64,000 nt of DNA, taken from contig JBEUKZ010000032.1 of assembly GCA_048128005.1 (NCBI GenBank), forward strand, positions 1 to 64,000, in the 5' to 3' direction. Below, piece by piece: positions 50,379 through 64,000 of this stretch (positions within the stretch are counted from its first letter, which is position 1; each line of letters starts with the position of its first letter). Under the pieces are notes generated by a model. That model made no database searches, was not told the origin of the DNA, and saw only the letters and a list, made by a program, of their open reading frames with translations. The translations under genes and the position numbers were made by a program. The DNA comes from Veleropilina oligotropha (taxonomy: Eukaryota).

Positions 50379-53300
50379 ATTCTTGATACCACATCGTTAA
50401 GATATCCAAGATCTAAGACATAAACGAATTACCCCATCACAAATATCCCCACAAAACGCAAAAACGCAGCATACCCCACGCAAAGCCAACATATGAAAGG
50501 CATTCATCGTGGCCCTAATACGCTTCAGAAATTTACGAATAGTATATCACTGAGGTGTTTTTATCAGATTTTTAATAGACACTAAGAGATAATTACTTAT
50601 TAAGCTTTTAAATGAAGCATATAACCCGTTGAAATACCGATTGCATCGGCTTTATTTTAATTTCTTTACTTCGAACATTTAGATATATGCAATATACACT
50701 TAGCTCTTGCTTAATAATAAAAATATTATTATTATTATCCAACAGTGTCAACGCAAAATCAAACGCCTTTGTTGAATCTATAAAATCACCACCAGAGAAC
50801 ACTGGTCGAAAAAGAATAGGCTGAATAGTTTATCTATGGCGAGTGAAACGACAGTCATGTCACCACGTGAGGCTATTAGTGGTTACTGGCAATCCTAATA
50901 TTGAACATCCCCTGGACAGCGTATAATTAGGCAAAACAAAGTGACCGTTCATCAGTAATGGCTGATCATTTTGTGGTTTGCTGTCTCTATTTGTTTATCT
51001 TGACCAAGGTCGGACCAGAACGTTACTATACACATGCGCATTGATCAACTGACAAGAGATGAAGGTAATAGACAAATTAGAAGATGACGAACATTTCGTA
51101 CATGGCTAATGACTTGATATTGTATTATGAATTGGTTTCTCTCTCTCTCACCAATTTTACATAAAATATTTGTTATTAGAAAAATTCATCAATTGGTTTA
51201 ATCAAACAAGAGAGCATTCATATTAAATAAATGGCTTCCCAATTTTTTGCCAACTTTATACTGCGCTTTAACATTTAGATAAGATTGACAATACGTGAAC
51301 TTTTGATTTTTATAGTTACCAGACAGGACCCGAGATAATAAAGAAATTGGTTTTTACATTTTGGCACTGACAAATTATTTATCTGATGCAAAATATCCAT
51401 ATTTAAACACTAATTAAGGACAGAACTAGCGTAGTAATGAGGTTTACGTTGTGTCGGTGAACTGGATTTGCTTTCATATATATTTGAACGCGTATTTTTT
51501 TATTATTTGCAATAGTAATATACCATTAACAATAATTATCAGAGTAATAAAAGAAAAGGGCTCTTTAGTCTTGATCTAACTCAAGATATAATTTACGTTT
51601 TTGTCAACATAGGTGACAAAAAATTGAAATATCAATAATAAAGTAAATACGTCTCAGAGGGTTGTGCGGTTATGAAAAAGGATGTTGACAGTGAGTTGTT
51701 GATAATGCATTTCACAAGTGTCGTTATTATCTAAATTGATTCGCGTCTGTCAGCGCCGCACTCTCGAGGGCTATATCGTGGCGGACATGTTGTGGTAGAG
51801 CGCGCCGTGTGTCACCTACAGAAAATCGCTCGTCCATATGCCGACTTGTCATATGCCGACTTATCACAGAGGACGAGTAACCCGGCGGGGCTGCGTTATC
51901 GTCAAATAGACACAATCGCGGGGATCCAAAAAAATCTCGCTAGGATAACCATGGTTTTGTTAAGTGTGTCCGTTCGAAGAGATAACCTGTTATTATCAAC
52001 AAGGAGAGGCATTTACAAATATTTAAAGTCTGAATATCAACAGGGCACAAATGCTTTTTAAACAATGAACAGATTCCGTTCACCTGAAGTGTCCACGGCA
52101 ATATTGATCAATGTCCCTTGCTTAACGTACAAGGTATGATGTTACTTCTGTACAGATCAATTTAGAAACCAGATTTTTTTTATTCTTGCCTCTAACATTT
52201 TCTTATCACAAAATGCAGCCGCGATATAACCCTTCGGACACCGACAGAGATGTGTTTACGTCTCATGCCGTGGTTATCCCGTGGAGTGGAGCTTTAGCAA
52301 TAAGATACAACCGTAAATAAACAGCAGACGACCATCTGCTCGAACTCGTGACAAGCAGACGATATGTTCCTCGTTGGTGTTTTGTTCGTCTGCTACGAAT
52401 AAGATCGAGCATATCATTGAAGTACCAGAATATAAATTGCGGAGTTAAATATGAAATGATTAACAGTCGATTATCGTAAATTTGTCGAAACATGGTCAAC
52501 AAATGATTGTTGATATTTCACACGTACATAATTATGTTCATTACCTGCAGTTTCTGGAAAGATCTTTAGAATTTGTAGTAAACCTCTATTTAGTCTTAAA
52601 ACACATATTGTCTAATATAAAATAACTTCTGACGCAATCTCGACAACATTGTGCCTGCTTTTACACATATAGTTTCAGAAAGCCAGTATAGCAATAGCAA
52701 TCTCGTATTACACAGAGTCGACTTTATTCCAAACTGACCGTATGTTACAATGCCATCCTCGTTTGAGAAAACAGATTTTATGCAACCTAGCTCCTTGTGA
52801 TCGTTCATGCTAAATATGTTCAAATGACGACAAAGCTATGACATGTAAAGAGTTTAAGTCGTGGCATGCAATAGCTATTTTTCGTATCAACCTCAATAAA
52901 CTGATAAACATGGAACAGAGGATTACTAGTGCTTATATGAAATTACACGGAAAATTTGTGACAGTGTCAAAATTTGTCAGTATTTACGTTATATGTCCCA
53001 GAAAATATTAATTGTTTTCGTAATAAAGACAATTCTTTACGAGGATTTTTGCTACTAAAGATATAAATCGCCACAAAGGTTCACTAGAATGTCTGATCAA
53101 TTTACAATGTTTCGCAAAACAAGGGATGAAGTCAATTCCCTGGGTAAGGGGGGTCTTGTGATAGTCAATAAACTAGACGATGCGTGCACTATCAGCATTT
53201 ATCGTCCATCCGACAGAACAAGTAAGAAAGACACCAAAAATATTCATTGTAAATTTGACATCATGAAAAGTAAAATAACTATTTTTTTAATAGGAACGAA

Positions 53301-54750
53301 ATTTCTTATTTCAGGGAAACAATAACGTATCAAATTAATTTTGTTTGTTTCTTATTTACTGTGACCGAAAACGTTTGCAAATTAGACAAAATCTGGTCCA
53401 GTCATTATCTGTGTAATGTTCGTAATTTTCAAAATGAGTTAATTACCATCAACTATAATGTGACGGAACATCATTATATTCCGCGATGACAAGGCGTGTC
53501 AACATTAGAATATCGCGTACTGATACGCTGAATCAACCTTATGAACAGTTTATATATGAAGGAAGCCAACCATTTAAAAATATGGCACGTAAACTAGAAC
53601 GCATACCTCACACGAGACTGCATTAAACATCAATTTCAGATCACCATCTAACTCTAATTGAAAGACTAACCCGTTCACAGATTTGCATCAAAATTCGTCT
53701 ATCACTTTTGTTAAATATTGCTAAAAGCATAACCTCATTAGTGGAGGACAGGGCTGGTCCAGGATTTTGATAATGAGGGGATCTAAATTTACGAAATATA
53801 TTATCAGCTGTCTGCGTGGGAAGTGGGGCCGCACGCGAGAAAAAAAATTGATATTTAACTTCGTGAACCATTTCTCCTGTATGAACATTTTCACCAAATT
53901 GTATATGTAATTTTTTCAGGGGGGTTTCACAAAGGGGCCGGGGGTCGTTCGTGCCTCCGATATATACCTTTCTCTGATCGGGTGTGACTATAAACTCGTG
54001 GACGCCTGGGGGGAATGCTTGATAATTAACTCCATATCCTGATGCATATCAAAGAGGAGAGTGCCAGGACCCCCCCCCCCCCCCCCCCCCGTATCCGCTA
54101 ATGGTCCCAGGTATTGAACTTTAAAAAAAAGAGTTGATATCACAGAGATTCTTGATGGCTGCGAGTTTGGAAAATAAAACAATACAACATAACCCGCATG
54201 GGACCTTTTGATTGCAGTGAAATATGTCTGTTAAAATGTATTTCACTAAACATAGTTATTGTATTCATTGATACGCTATTGTATGCAGTTATGTTCAAAA
54301 TGTATATAAATATAATAACAGAGAACTAAAACAGAAGTGCATCGTCGATGGTGACGTTTCGGGGTTATTAGTCTCCGCCACTATATCTGGCCGGCCCTGT
54401 CAGCGTCCCCCATCCCGAGATGATGCGCAGTCGGATGACTGATGTTTCCCCTGTTTCTCTGCCATAACGCAAGCAGTGACATAGTGTCCGACTTGTTGTA
54501 GTGTTCAGTAAATACATCATGTAAACGCTGCTCCCTTAACACGAATAGCATGTCAGAACAAACAGTGTTAGTTAGCTGATATTTGCTATAACTAAATATA
54601 TGCTTCTATATCACTTGAAGACAGTTGCAGAAATCACACTCTCGACACAACTGAAATAGTTTGCTCTTTTACAAGGTGCTTACATATTCGTGTCTTAAAA
54701 AAAAGTCTTAAAATTAAAATATGTTATTTTGTAAAATGTTCAAGTATGTC

Positions 54751-55032
<282 letters not shown>

Positions 55033-57892
55033 TAGCTAATACTTACATAAATACAAATAAAAAATCCATAATTCCAGTTTATGGGGTGGTTTCATGTTGT
55101 ATACCAGTCTTCGCGTGGATTCCCACATTACGAATGAAGTTTGTTTATAATTCTGAGTATGTAATTCCTGGTAATCCCGCTTTGAATGCGTTATATATCC
55201 ACAACACGACTTCCACTCGTTGTATTGTTCGCGAGACAATCATGTTTCCACCACAAGTATATGTATTCTGTATCAGAGTCCAGATCTACACCGGCAGAGC
55301 ATATCGGTCATATAAGCCAATGGGAGCCGTTGGCCGTGTATCCTCGGCAAACGAGCCTTGTGTATCTGACCGTGGTAGGTACTCGCTCCGTGTCGCGTAA
55401 CCGGCGAACGATATCAATAACGCGTTTACTAAGCCACGATAAGTCGATTAACTCTCTCCGTAGCTCTACTCTGCTCTTGGTGGACACACGCTGGATTGGC
55501 AACTGCACCCCAGGGCGGCGCTATGTAAGCCACACCCCTGGTCAATAAAGTGATGTTTGGACAATAGTGGACACCTCGGGGCCGATGTTGAACATATGTT
55601 TTCCGATCAGATTTTACGGAGAGCAATATAACACCTCGTTCTGGCGACCCTTGAATCGTCACTGAGGGATCGAATTGATGAGTCGAGTCGGGAAAGTCGA
55701 CGGTGAACAGTATTTACTATAGGCAGTGTTAGACCCAATATATCCGAAACGACACGCAACGATCCTTCGAGACACACGACGATCGATAGCCAAACTGAAT
55801 TATTGAAATTCACAGCAGTGCCGCCACATGGGTCAACACCAATGTTTCATATATATTGCAAAATGCTCATAAATGACGGCAAAACATTGGAAGAGAAGCA
55901 TTGATTGAGAGAGAGGACGAAATGAACCAGTCCTTCAGCAAACACATTGATATCAATGTTTTGTATGTTGCCCGCCTGGTCTCACATTATACAATTTAAA
56001 TTTTATGGTTTAGTTTGGTTTTAATCGAATTTTTATATATCGCATTTTCACATCCTTCATAATCATATCAGGACATACTATAGCGGGGAAAAGCCCGTTC
56101 TCCGGTGAAAACCCGCCGACAACTGAGTCTGCTAACTGAGCAAAGAGTGCCCGCCGAGATCTCGAACCCACTCCTGTTAATCAGAGCAGTCAGTTGGGTG
56201 AGTTAGGGGCCAATATACATCACCAATATACACCAATATACATCGCCAATATACATCACCGGGGCAGCTCCTTTCTATTTAGAGAGTTTCTGGAATTCCT
56301 GGAAGAGGTCTTTGCATTAAACTTCGTATTTGGAATGACCACTTCTATTCGTCTGGCGAATGCTTTATGCACATGTAATTTTATTTGTTGTAATTTTAAC
56401 ATAATTATTATGAAATTGCATATTTATTTACTAATACACAGGCGTGCAGGCAAATGAACGAATGGGTTAATCAAAATGCATTAGAAACGGAACATCTATT
56501 GACAATATTTGTGGTCAGCCCAAGGGTGAAATGCTGTAAGATGATTTTGTAAATCACAGCTGTTCCAGAAATAACTCGCGCATTTCAATGACATACTACC
56601 TTGCTTAGGAAGCTACAAAATATACCATTGCATATGATATTGCATATATATCCCCACATATCATGTTGTACGCAGTGACTTTGTATTAATGCATATACAT
56701 CTTCAAGAAAGAAAATTATTGCTGATTTTATGGGAATATATCCTTCGAAGTTCGCAGGTACTCATAAGTTGTGGTCTTGTACGTGCATCGAATCATCCCA
56801 AAATAAATTTCGTGGCCGCGGGGTTGAGAGATTCTACTGATATTATGGGTTTTCGCGCGATAATATGGAACAATATATTAAACCCTGAAACAAAAAGGAG
56901 TGAGCGCGAAACTTGCAACTTCTGAATATCTAATCTTATAATTTCCAACCGAGGCGAATAAACGAAATTAGAACTCATAATTTCGCGACTATGTTCTTTT
57001 AGTGACACGAAAAGGCAAAATATCGAAATTAATTTCGCGACCGCTTCGTCTCATTCCAGCATTATTTAGAGCAAACAAACAAGCAGCTCGTTCTATTTCG
57101 ATCGAAACGGTTAAGAGTCGAAATACAGAAGTCACAAACTTCACCTTTATGCTATTTCCGTTCTTTCATGTTCGAAACGGTTAAGAGAGTAAATTAGTAA
57201 TACGGCAAATACCAGACACCGTAACTACCGGACACATTGTACATTAATCGAAGTTGGGGTCAGATGCTTCCATCATATATTTAAAACGCCACTTTTGCAT
57301 GTTCACAGTACCTCAAAATAATATTTCATTCAACAATTTATACTTAATTTTTTTAGAGGTGCAATAAAAGAGCAAACCACAGGTGTTGTTTTGTGTGTGG
57401 CTACTTATCTATATGATTTAGGGTTAGGTGTCAGTTAATATATTTAATGACTGTCTAAACTTCTAATGTAAATTGTTGCGAATAATTGATTATATTAAGC
57501 GCTATTTAACTTCAATTCCTTTCAACTGTACAATTCTTTATTCGGCGGCAGGTCGCATTACATTACCTAAGTGGATATAGATCTTATCTCAATACTCGGC
57601 TTGTTTGTTCGCTCTGAGTACAGGTGGATTGCGATAAAGTGCCCGTCAAAGATGTAAACCGATAGTTATTACCTGCAATAATCTTCGTTCAACAGACGTA
57701 TCGATGACGTTTTATAAAGAATATATGTCAGAAAATGATATATTGCGCACATGAATACAACATTACCATTCAAACGATTGTAAATTCGCACGGAGTAAAA
57801 TGGACCAAGAAAGAAATGTTCCAACATAGATTAACTGTCATCTATCTATCGCGTAGATGCTGGATCATTTGATATCTTACCACAATGAGGGC

Positions 57893-58055
57893 CGCCCCGG
57901 TAGTCGTGTGACTTTGAGTGCGTGTAACAGGAGTGGGTTTGAATCTCGGTGGGCGCACGACATTTTTTGTTCAGTTATCAATCTCAGTTGTCCTTAGCTG
58001 ACCGGAGAGGCCCGGTTTCCCCGGACTTACCTCCCTTGATAATATGGACATGTAG
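57893..58055 (+). mobile_element. SINE-like copy
   Basis: ccccggtagtcgtgtg...gggtttgaatctc...tgttcagttatcaatctcagttgtcc. Confidence 0.6.
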
Positions 58056-59754
58056 CGATCCAATCCAATCCTTGCTTAGAAGCCAATTTCATTTCTCGAC
58101 CAATGAGGACGCGGTATTTCTCGTCAATTATTTCCGAAGACGATACATTGCCATGTCTATTGTTTGCGATGCCTTACCCATTATTAAGAATAGTGGTGAC
58201 AGGTAGTAATGTCATTATGGGTCTTCTTGATATAATGGTAAAAAACTAATTATTTTGTAATAAATACATGTGTCGATAAAATAAACAGTTATCAAATTAG
58301 ACAATTATAATTTAATTTGTGCGGAGAAATGAAATTAGCTTCTAAGTCGGTTAGACGGCAGCTTGTAGACTCTTATCAAAAAGTAGTCTCGCCCTACGGG
58401 CTCGATAGTCTGGTGGCAGAATGGCAATTTTTGGCTTAGGTGTGTTTTGGAGTACATACAACGTTTTATTGGTGATTCTGGTAGAACAGACCATACAGAA
58501 CGCAAATCCGCTTGATGACAACACTTTGTCATCATTGGGCAATTTTTTTTATGGGCAAAATTCAAAATGGTTTCGCCCAAAACCGATTTTCGGCTATAAA
58601 TTCGTCAAAAAATAACATAAGGACATGATTTTGGTGTCTACACCTATGTTATAAGGGTGTATGAATCCATTGGAGTACATAAATGTATTATATCTCCTCT
58701 CCAAGAGCCTAAATTTTCATATTCGACCAAAATTCAAAATGGCCGCCACAGAAACAGATGGAAACTGATTTACGGTTGTAAGTTTTATAAAAATTGACCA
58801 ATGGGGATGTTTTTTTGGTGTCTAAAAGTATATTTCTAAGTCCTGAAATCCACTAGACTGAATAAATATATGCCTTCTCTCCATTAGCCTGAATTTTCAT
58901 ATTTCGATTATTAAAGCACTCGTATTGCCCCCAAAACAACCGGTACTTCATATGTAGCAAATTCACATGAAATAACATGTTATACAAGCTTATAACGTTG
59001 GCGGCAGTACTTCGACATAGTCGTTAATGATTATGCCACATGTGTACACTAATGTGACGGTAGCGCTTCACGGTAACGGTGCACTTGATTTGTCAAAATA
59101 CTTCATTAAAAAATTGACAGAAAGTCTGCCATATTGTATCATGCAGTACTCGGCTTGTTTTCACCGAACAATACTCACGACATCCTGTCTGTGTGATATA
59201 AATCTGTTATACGTCTATTAGTATGATGGATAGGCCTTCATTTATAATAAAGAAGTTTGAATATTTTATCATCACTATCATGGATCTGTGAATTTGAAGT
59301 CTTGTAGCATCGCACTGGGATGTATAACCATACCTAAGACGAAACTTGTATGTGCATTGCACCTATATAAAGGTTACATGTGTTTGAATGTTTCCATTAG
59401 CAGAAAGAAGAAAGATACTGCCACACTAACTGTGGTAACCATGCCGATTGATTTGGTATGGGAAATATTTGTGATGATATTATCCACTAAGATGAGATAT
59501 ACATACAACTAAAAAACATAAAGGCACATAGAGGGTTGTGATATAGCAGTTAAATAACAAAATGCACAAAGGACAAACTGTTTTCTTCACCTACACTAGA
59601 ACTCAAGGTTTATGTTGGGATGCACCAAGGTTGAGCGCTAAACCCTTTTTTGTTTCTTATCATCATGGATTGTCCGACAGAATATGTGGCAAGGAAAGCA
59701 CCATGAAACATTTATGTTCGTGGACGACGTGGTACTGAGTACGGAGAACTACTT

Positions 59755-59963
59755 CGGCTATTGAGTGGTTAGCGTGTCAGACACTCAACCCAGACAGCTA
59801 GGAGGGCCCGGGTTCGAGGCCAGCCGGTGGCTTATTCTGCCGCTTAAAATAATAGTTGGTATATCCCTAATGTCTGTCGGTCATATCTGAATGAGATCGG
59901 GTTTCCCGACTGCGTTAAGGCTAAAAATTGTCAAAAGTGGTCGTAAAGCAAAGTTTCCATCCA
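59755..59963 (+). mobile_element. tRNA-derived SINE (family B)
   Basis: gagtggttagcg...GGTTCGAGGCC...ccgcttaaaataatag; interrupts the RTE frame. Confidence 0.7.
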
Positions 59964-60481
59964 ACAGAGAAAAGAGAGGAACCGGAGACGAGGTTGGAGG
60001 AGTGGCGGAGGTCAGTGGCGAATAGGGGGATGCAAGCGAACAGGAAGAACACCGAGTATATGTGTACGGGATGTGGAGACAATGTAGTTGGGAACATCAG
60101 ACCTAAAAAGTCACGAGAACAACCAAATTGAAATATTTAGGGACTACCGTACAGGAGCGTGAATGTTCAAATAAAGAGGTGGCTATAGGGGGATACAAGC
60201 AGAGTGGAGCAGCTGGAGAAAATTCCTGTGTGACAGAACGTTACCAGTGCGAGTGGAGAGACAAATTACAAGACGATGCTGTACGTGATGGAAGCAGTAG
60301 CGGTGAAAAAGAAGAAGGAGAAGCGGATGAAGGTAGCAGATATGAGAATATTTCGATCCATACTATGGATTACGCGGCTGGAACGAGGTGGTACGGGAGA
60401 TGTTCGAGTTAGCGAGCTAGAAGAGAAATTTAGAGAGGCGCGGCTAAGGTGGTACGGTCATGTGTATCTATCGGAGTAATG

Positions 60482-60736
60482 GAAAAGGAAAGGATCGATG
60501 CTTAATGTCCTGTATATTTCCAACCATCATTTGATTCAAAGCAGGACATGTCCATATTATCGCGGGAGGAAAGCCCAGTCGCCTGGGGAAACCCGCCCAC
60601 CTCCGGCCGTGATTCATAATTTCAACCAATGTGTGATGTCCCTGCCGAGGTTTGAACCCACTACTGTTCGTGTCAACGGAATCAAGTCAGTGATTTTTCG
60701 GAGTCCACAATCGAACCACACGCCTGTCGAAGCGGG
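60482..60736 (-). mobile_element. SINE family A copy
   Basis: Reverse complement of the family motifs, inserted just after RWYGHV. Confidence 0.75.
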
Positions 60737-62379
60737 CTCTCGGAGGAGTGGTATGTCGAAAAAGTTTGGTGATGTTGAAGACATGGAGGAGGAAGAGGAT
60801 AAGGCCGAAGAAGAGATGAAGAGATTGCATCAATGTCAGACAGGTCAAGGATAATATAGGGGTGGCAGGAGTGCACGCGGAAGACCCAGTGGACAAGAGG
60901 AGATGGTCAAAAAAGATCGTCACCGACGACCCCACATAGTGAGATCAATGTCCGTGGAAGAAGAAGACATGAACTCAAAGGTACATTCAAGAGGTTCATA
61001 TAGTCATAGTTATATGCGTTATCAGACCATTCGTAGATCAGATAGGCCAGTTGATTTCCACCGATCACTGTCGATTATACGATCATGTTCACATGTATAA
61101 GCAGTAATATGGCGTGCCGGACTGGAAGCTGGCAAACCAGTGGTTGAATAGTATATACTCCCGGCCCGGGTGGACGAATGGTGGAGTATCCACTGCGCTG
61201 ATACCACCACGCACTCTACTTCAGATGTCATGCGGGTCACGGATGAGGTACCGAAAGATGATCAGATGTGGCTGCAGTTCCCCACGACCTTGTCCGACAG
61301 ACATATGTAACTATTCTACAGCAAGGCTGTCATGTTTAGCCTTCTGATGCTGTTGTGTTATAATAAGCAAACAAATTAATCTGTTATATGTGATGAGGAT
61401 GTTTGGTTGGTTGGCAACTTTATACAGTCACGTTTTGGCAATTTTTAATCGTATCGCAGTCGGGACACTTGGTTTAAGGTCGCACTCCGATCTAACCGAC
61501 ATCTAGGTCATACGCCTCATATTATTTTAAGCGTTAGACTGAGCCGCCACTAATGTCGAAACAGGGACAAAAAAAACGGCTTCGGTAGGGTGTACGAGGT
61601 TCTAATTACTCACCCGCCGATACTGCTGAGATGCAGGCGCATGAACTTATCTGTCTAACATATGATTATATATGCTACCACACGCATATCTGTTTCGGGT
61701 CTTATGCATATGTCTTTTAATAAAAAAAACAGCTTAGCATATGTCCTATTTTAATCTTACATGATGCTTTTGGTTGTATGTAAATATCCCCTAATATTAG
61801 CCTCTATCATCACCATACTGGCAATGTTATCACGAGTGCTTTAAAAATAGAGATATGAAAATTCAAGGTTACACAGAGATATATTGATATATTGGTGTGC
61901 TCCAGTCGATTCCTAGACCCTGAAAACATATTTTTGGACACCAAAATCAGGTCCATATGTCAATTTTGGGCGAACTAATAATCGAAAATCTGATTCTGTG
62001 GCGGCCATTTTGAATTTAGCTCCAATATGAAAATTTACTCTCATGGATGGGATATAAGTTATATTTATGTGCTCCAGTGGCTTCATAGATCCTAAAACAT
62101 AAGTTTAGACACCAAAATCAGATCTCTATGTCAATTTTTGGGGAACTTATATTCGAAAATCGGTTTTGGGGGCAACCATTTTGAATTTTGCCTGTGAAAA
62201 AATTGCTCAAGGATGACAAAGTGTCATCAAGTGGATTTGCGTTCTGTATGGTCTGTTGTACCAGAATCACCAATAAAACGTTGTATGTACTCCAAAACAC
62301 ACCTAAGTCAATTTCCACCAGACTACGACTTATATTTTGATAAAGACTCTCCAATCCGCCATTTAACCTATACATAATG

Positions 62380-62740
62380 AACAAGAGCATCCGAGAGGAA
62401 GCATAGTTGAGCCGCAGTGCCCACTCTCAATAAACTTAATTTTATCTGTCTAGGCTGACCGAGTCCAGAGATATGTCTGTTTATGTATTTTACACTTATT
62501 TGACTTTGGTGACGTTGACCTTTAACCTTTGACCTCATAAATCAATCAGTAGTTAGATATCCACTCATATATCATATATATGAAGTTTCGTGCCTATATG
62601 TTTTGAATTGACCAGGTTATGCCATGCAAAGTCATCGCGAACATACACGACCACACCACGACACAGACAGACAGACAGACAGACACACAGACAGACAGCC
62701 TCAATACATTAGTTTCTCCGTAAACGGCTCAACTAATAAC
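62380..62740 (+). mobile_element. Non-autonomous element with tgacctt motifs and a (GACA)n tract (HINE/pearl-like)
   Basis: aacaagag start, tgacgttgacctttaacctttgacc, aagtttc, then acagacagacagac near the end. Confidence 0.5.
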
Positions 62741-63180
62741 CTTAGCATCATGCTATCTTAAAACTGACGAACTATTAGGAGCAACATTCTGTTTCAAGAA
62801 TAAGTACCAGGAAATTAAACTTAAAGACTTCCTCAATGATTTGCAGTCTAACATTGCGTAATGAGAAAGGTCGATTTTAAACTTATGCAATAATATTGAC
62901 AATAATTAATAATATACTCGCTACTGACCATAACTATAACAGTGATCTATATATAAAAGTGATATCTAACCTTCTTATGCATCATTCAAATATTTTTAAA
63001 GCTTAGAGCTTTTAATTCATTATCATATTTTGCATTGCATACCATCATGTAGATTCAATATACTCAAGCCGAGTGGATAAGAGCCTGGGCTCTCAATCCA
63101 ATCGCTTGACTGCTCTGTCTAGCAGTATTGCGTTCGGATTCTCTGTTGATAATTTGTTCAGTTAGCAGTCATCAGTTCAG

Positions 63181-63492
63181 TTCAGTTCTGCATGCTTTAG
63201 CCCGCGGCCCTTAAGTTCCGTTCTGTATGCCTTAGCCCGCGGCCCTTCAGTTCCGTTCTGTATGCCTTAGCCCGCGGCCCTTCAGTTCCGTTCTGTATGC
63301 CTTAGCCCGCGGCCCTTCAGTTCCGTTCTGTATGCCTTAGCCCGCGGCCCTTCAGTTCCGTTCTGTATGCCTTAGCTCGCGGCGCTTCAGTTCCGTTCTG
63401 CATGCCTTAGCACGCGGCCCTTCAGTTCCGTTCTGTATGCCTTAGCCCGCGGCCTTCGCTCCGTTCTACGTGCCTTAGCCCGCGGCCCTTCG
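63181..63492 (+). repeat. 35-bp tandem repeat (~9 copies)
   Basis: Unit ttcagttccgttctgtatgccttagcccgcggccc. Confidence 0.93.
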
Positions 63493-63504
63493 GAGGGCGT
63501 TTCA

Positions 63505-64000
63505 CTTGATGGCGGTTCGTCTAGCATACTCAATCCCATTTCTACAACTCCTGATGTTGTCTACCCATTCAAACCGTCTCCTTTCTCTCCGTCCTTTTGC
63601 GCAGATCTCTCCCTCAATGAGCAAGCTCCACGGATCATATTTAGTTAGCTTCCTCTTCCTGACCATCTCCAATAGTCATTCTTTCTCTGACACTCAGATG
63701 ATTTTCCTTACCCACTCGTTCGTCTTTCTTTGTCTCCAAGTCACTCACAGAACTCATTTTCAGAACCACAGTTCGAACGCTTGGATCATTCTTTCTTCAT
63801 TCTTCTTCATCGTCCAACTTTTGCAACGATACTGAAATGCTTCAGACCAAAGCTTTGCTATAGTTTTTTCTTTCACTCATATCTTTGGACTTAATTCCAC
63901 AAGATCTGTTGTCGCTTTTCTCGCTATCCTAGTCTGATCTTAAGTTTTGTCTCATAAGTCGTTTTCTCTCTCATGCGTGTTGGAAGACCAGAGGAACTTG
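63505..64000 (-). pseudogene. Probable decayed RTE-like LINE 3' fragment
   Basis: Minus strand reads ...LIEGEICAKGRRERRRFEWVDNI, resembling the RTE C-terminal EG...GRP...W.D motif. Confidence 0.5.

Larger units (their letters stand above)
59560..60970 (+). pseudogene. Decayed RTE-clade LINE 3' part, interrupted by two SINEs
   Basis: VGMHQG*ALNPFLFLIIMD, MFVDDV, LEEWRRSVANRGMQANRKNTEYM, KYLGTTV, REARLRWYGHV; ends in gaa repeats. Confidence 0.8.
58406..62325. mobile_element. Academ-like non-autonomous DNA transposon (3.92 kb)
   Basis: Termini TAGTCTGGTGG...CCACCAGACTA, ~500-bp imperfect TIRs, and a 3-bp TSD CGA at 58403-58405 and 62326-62328. Confidence 0.82.

Noticed and set aside
54330..54390. 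Minus-strand hammerhead-like GAAACGTC motif
   Set aside because: No CTGANGA core or convincing stem II.
55095..55838. Possible solo LTR (TGTTG...CAACA, GC-richer)
   Set aside because: No target-site duplication, PBS or PPT, and no second copy in the window.

Overview
AT-rich animal (probably marine invertebrate) genomic DNA with no recognisable host gene. It is mostly transposon debris: a Neptune-type Penelope 3' end, CR1/I/RTE LINE fragments, many SINE copies, MITEs, a 3.9-kb Academ-like element, minisatellites and (TA)n tracts. The outstanding feature is a 12.08-kb palindromic element (16978-29060). It has Polinton/Maverick-type AGTAGTAGT...ACTACTACT termini and two ~6-kb mirror-image arms, joined at ~23060 by a short spacer that folds into a two-eared (T/Y-shaped, parvovirus/AAV-ITR-like) hairpin. 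Each arm encodes only a 145-aa basic protein and a zinc-finger/polyproline-fused Polinton-type packaging ATPase; I found no polymerase, integrase, capsid or protease. Each arm is bracketed by an inverted 29-bp box and by TTAGGG arrays interleaved with ROR/Rev-erb-type nuclear-receptor elements. A degenerate terminus of the same family appears at ~2074. All family calls come from motif recognition by eye; no database searches were run, and an assembly fold-back artefact must be excluded with long reads.
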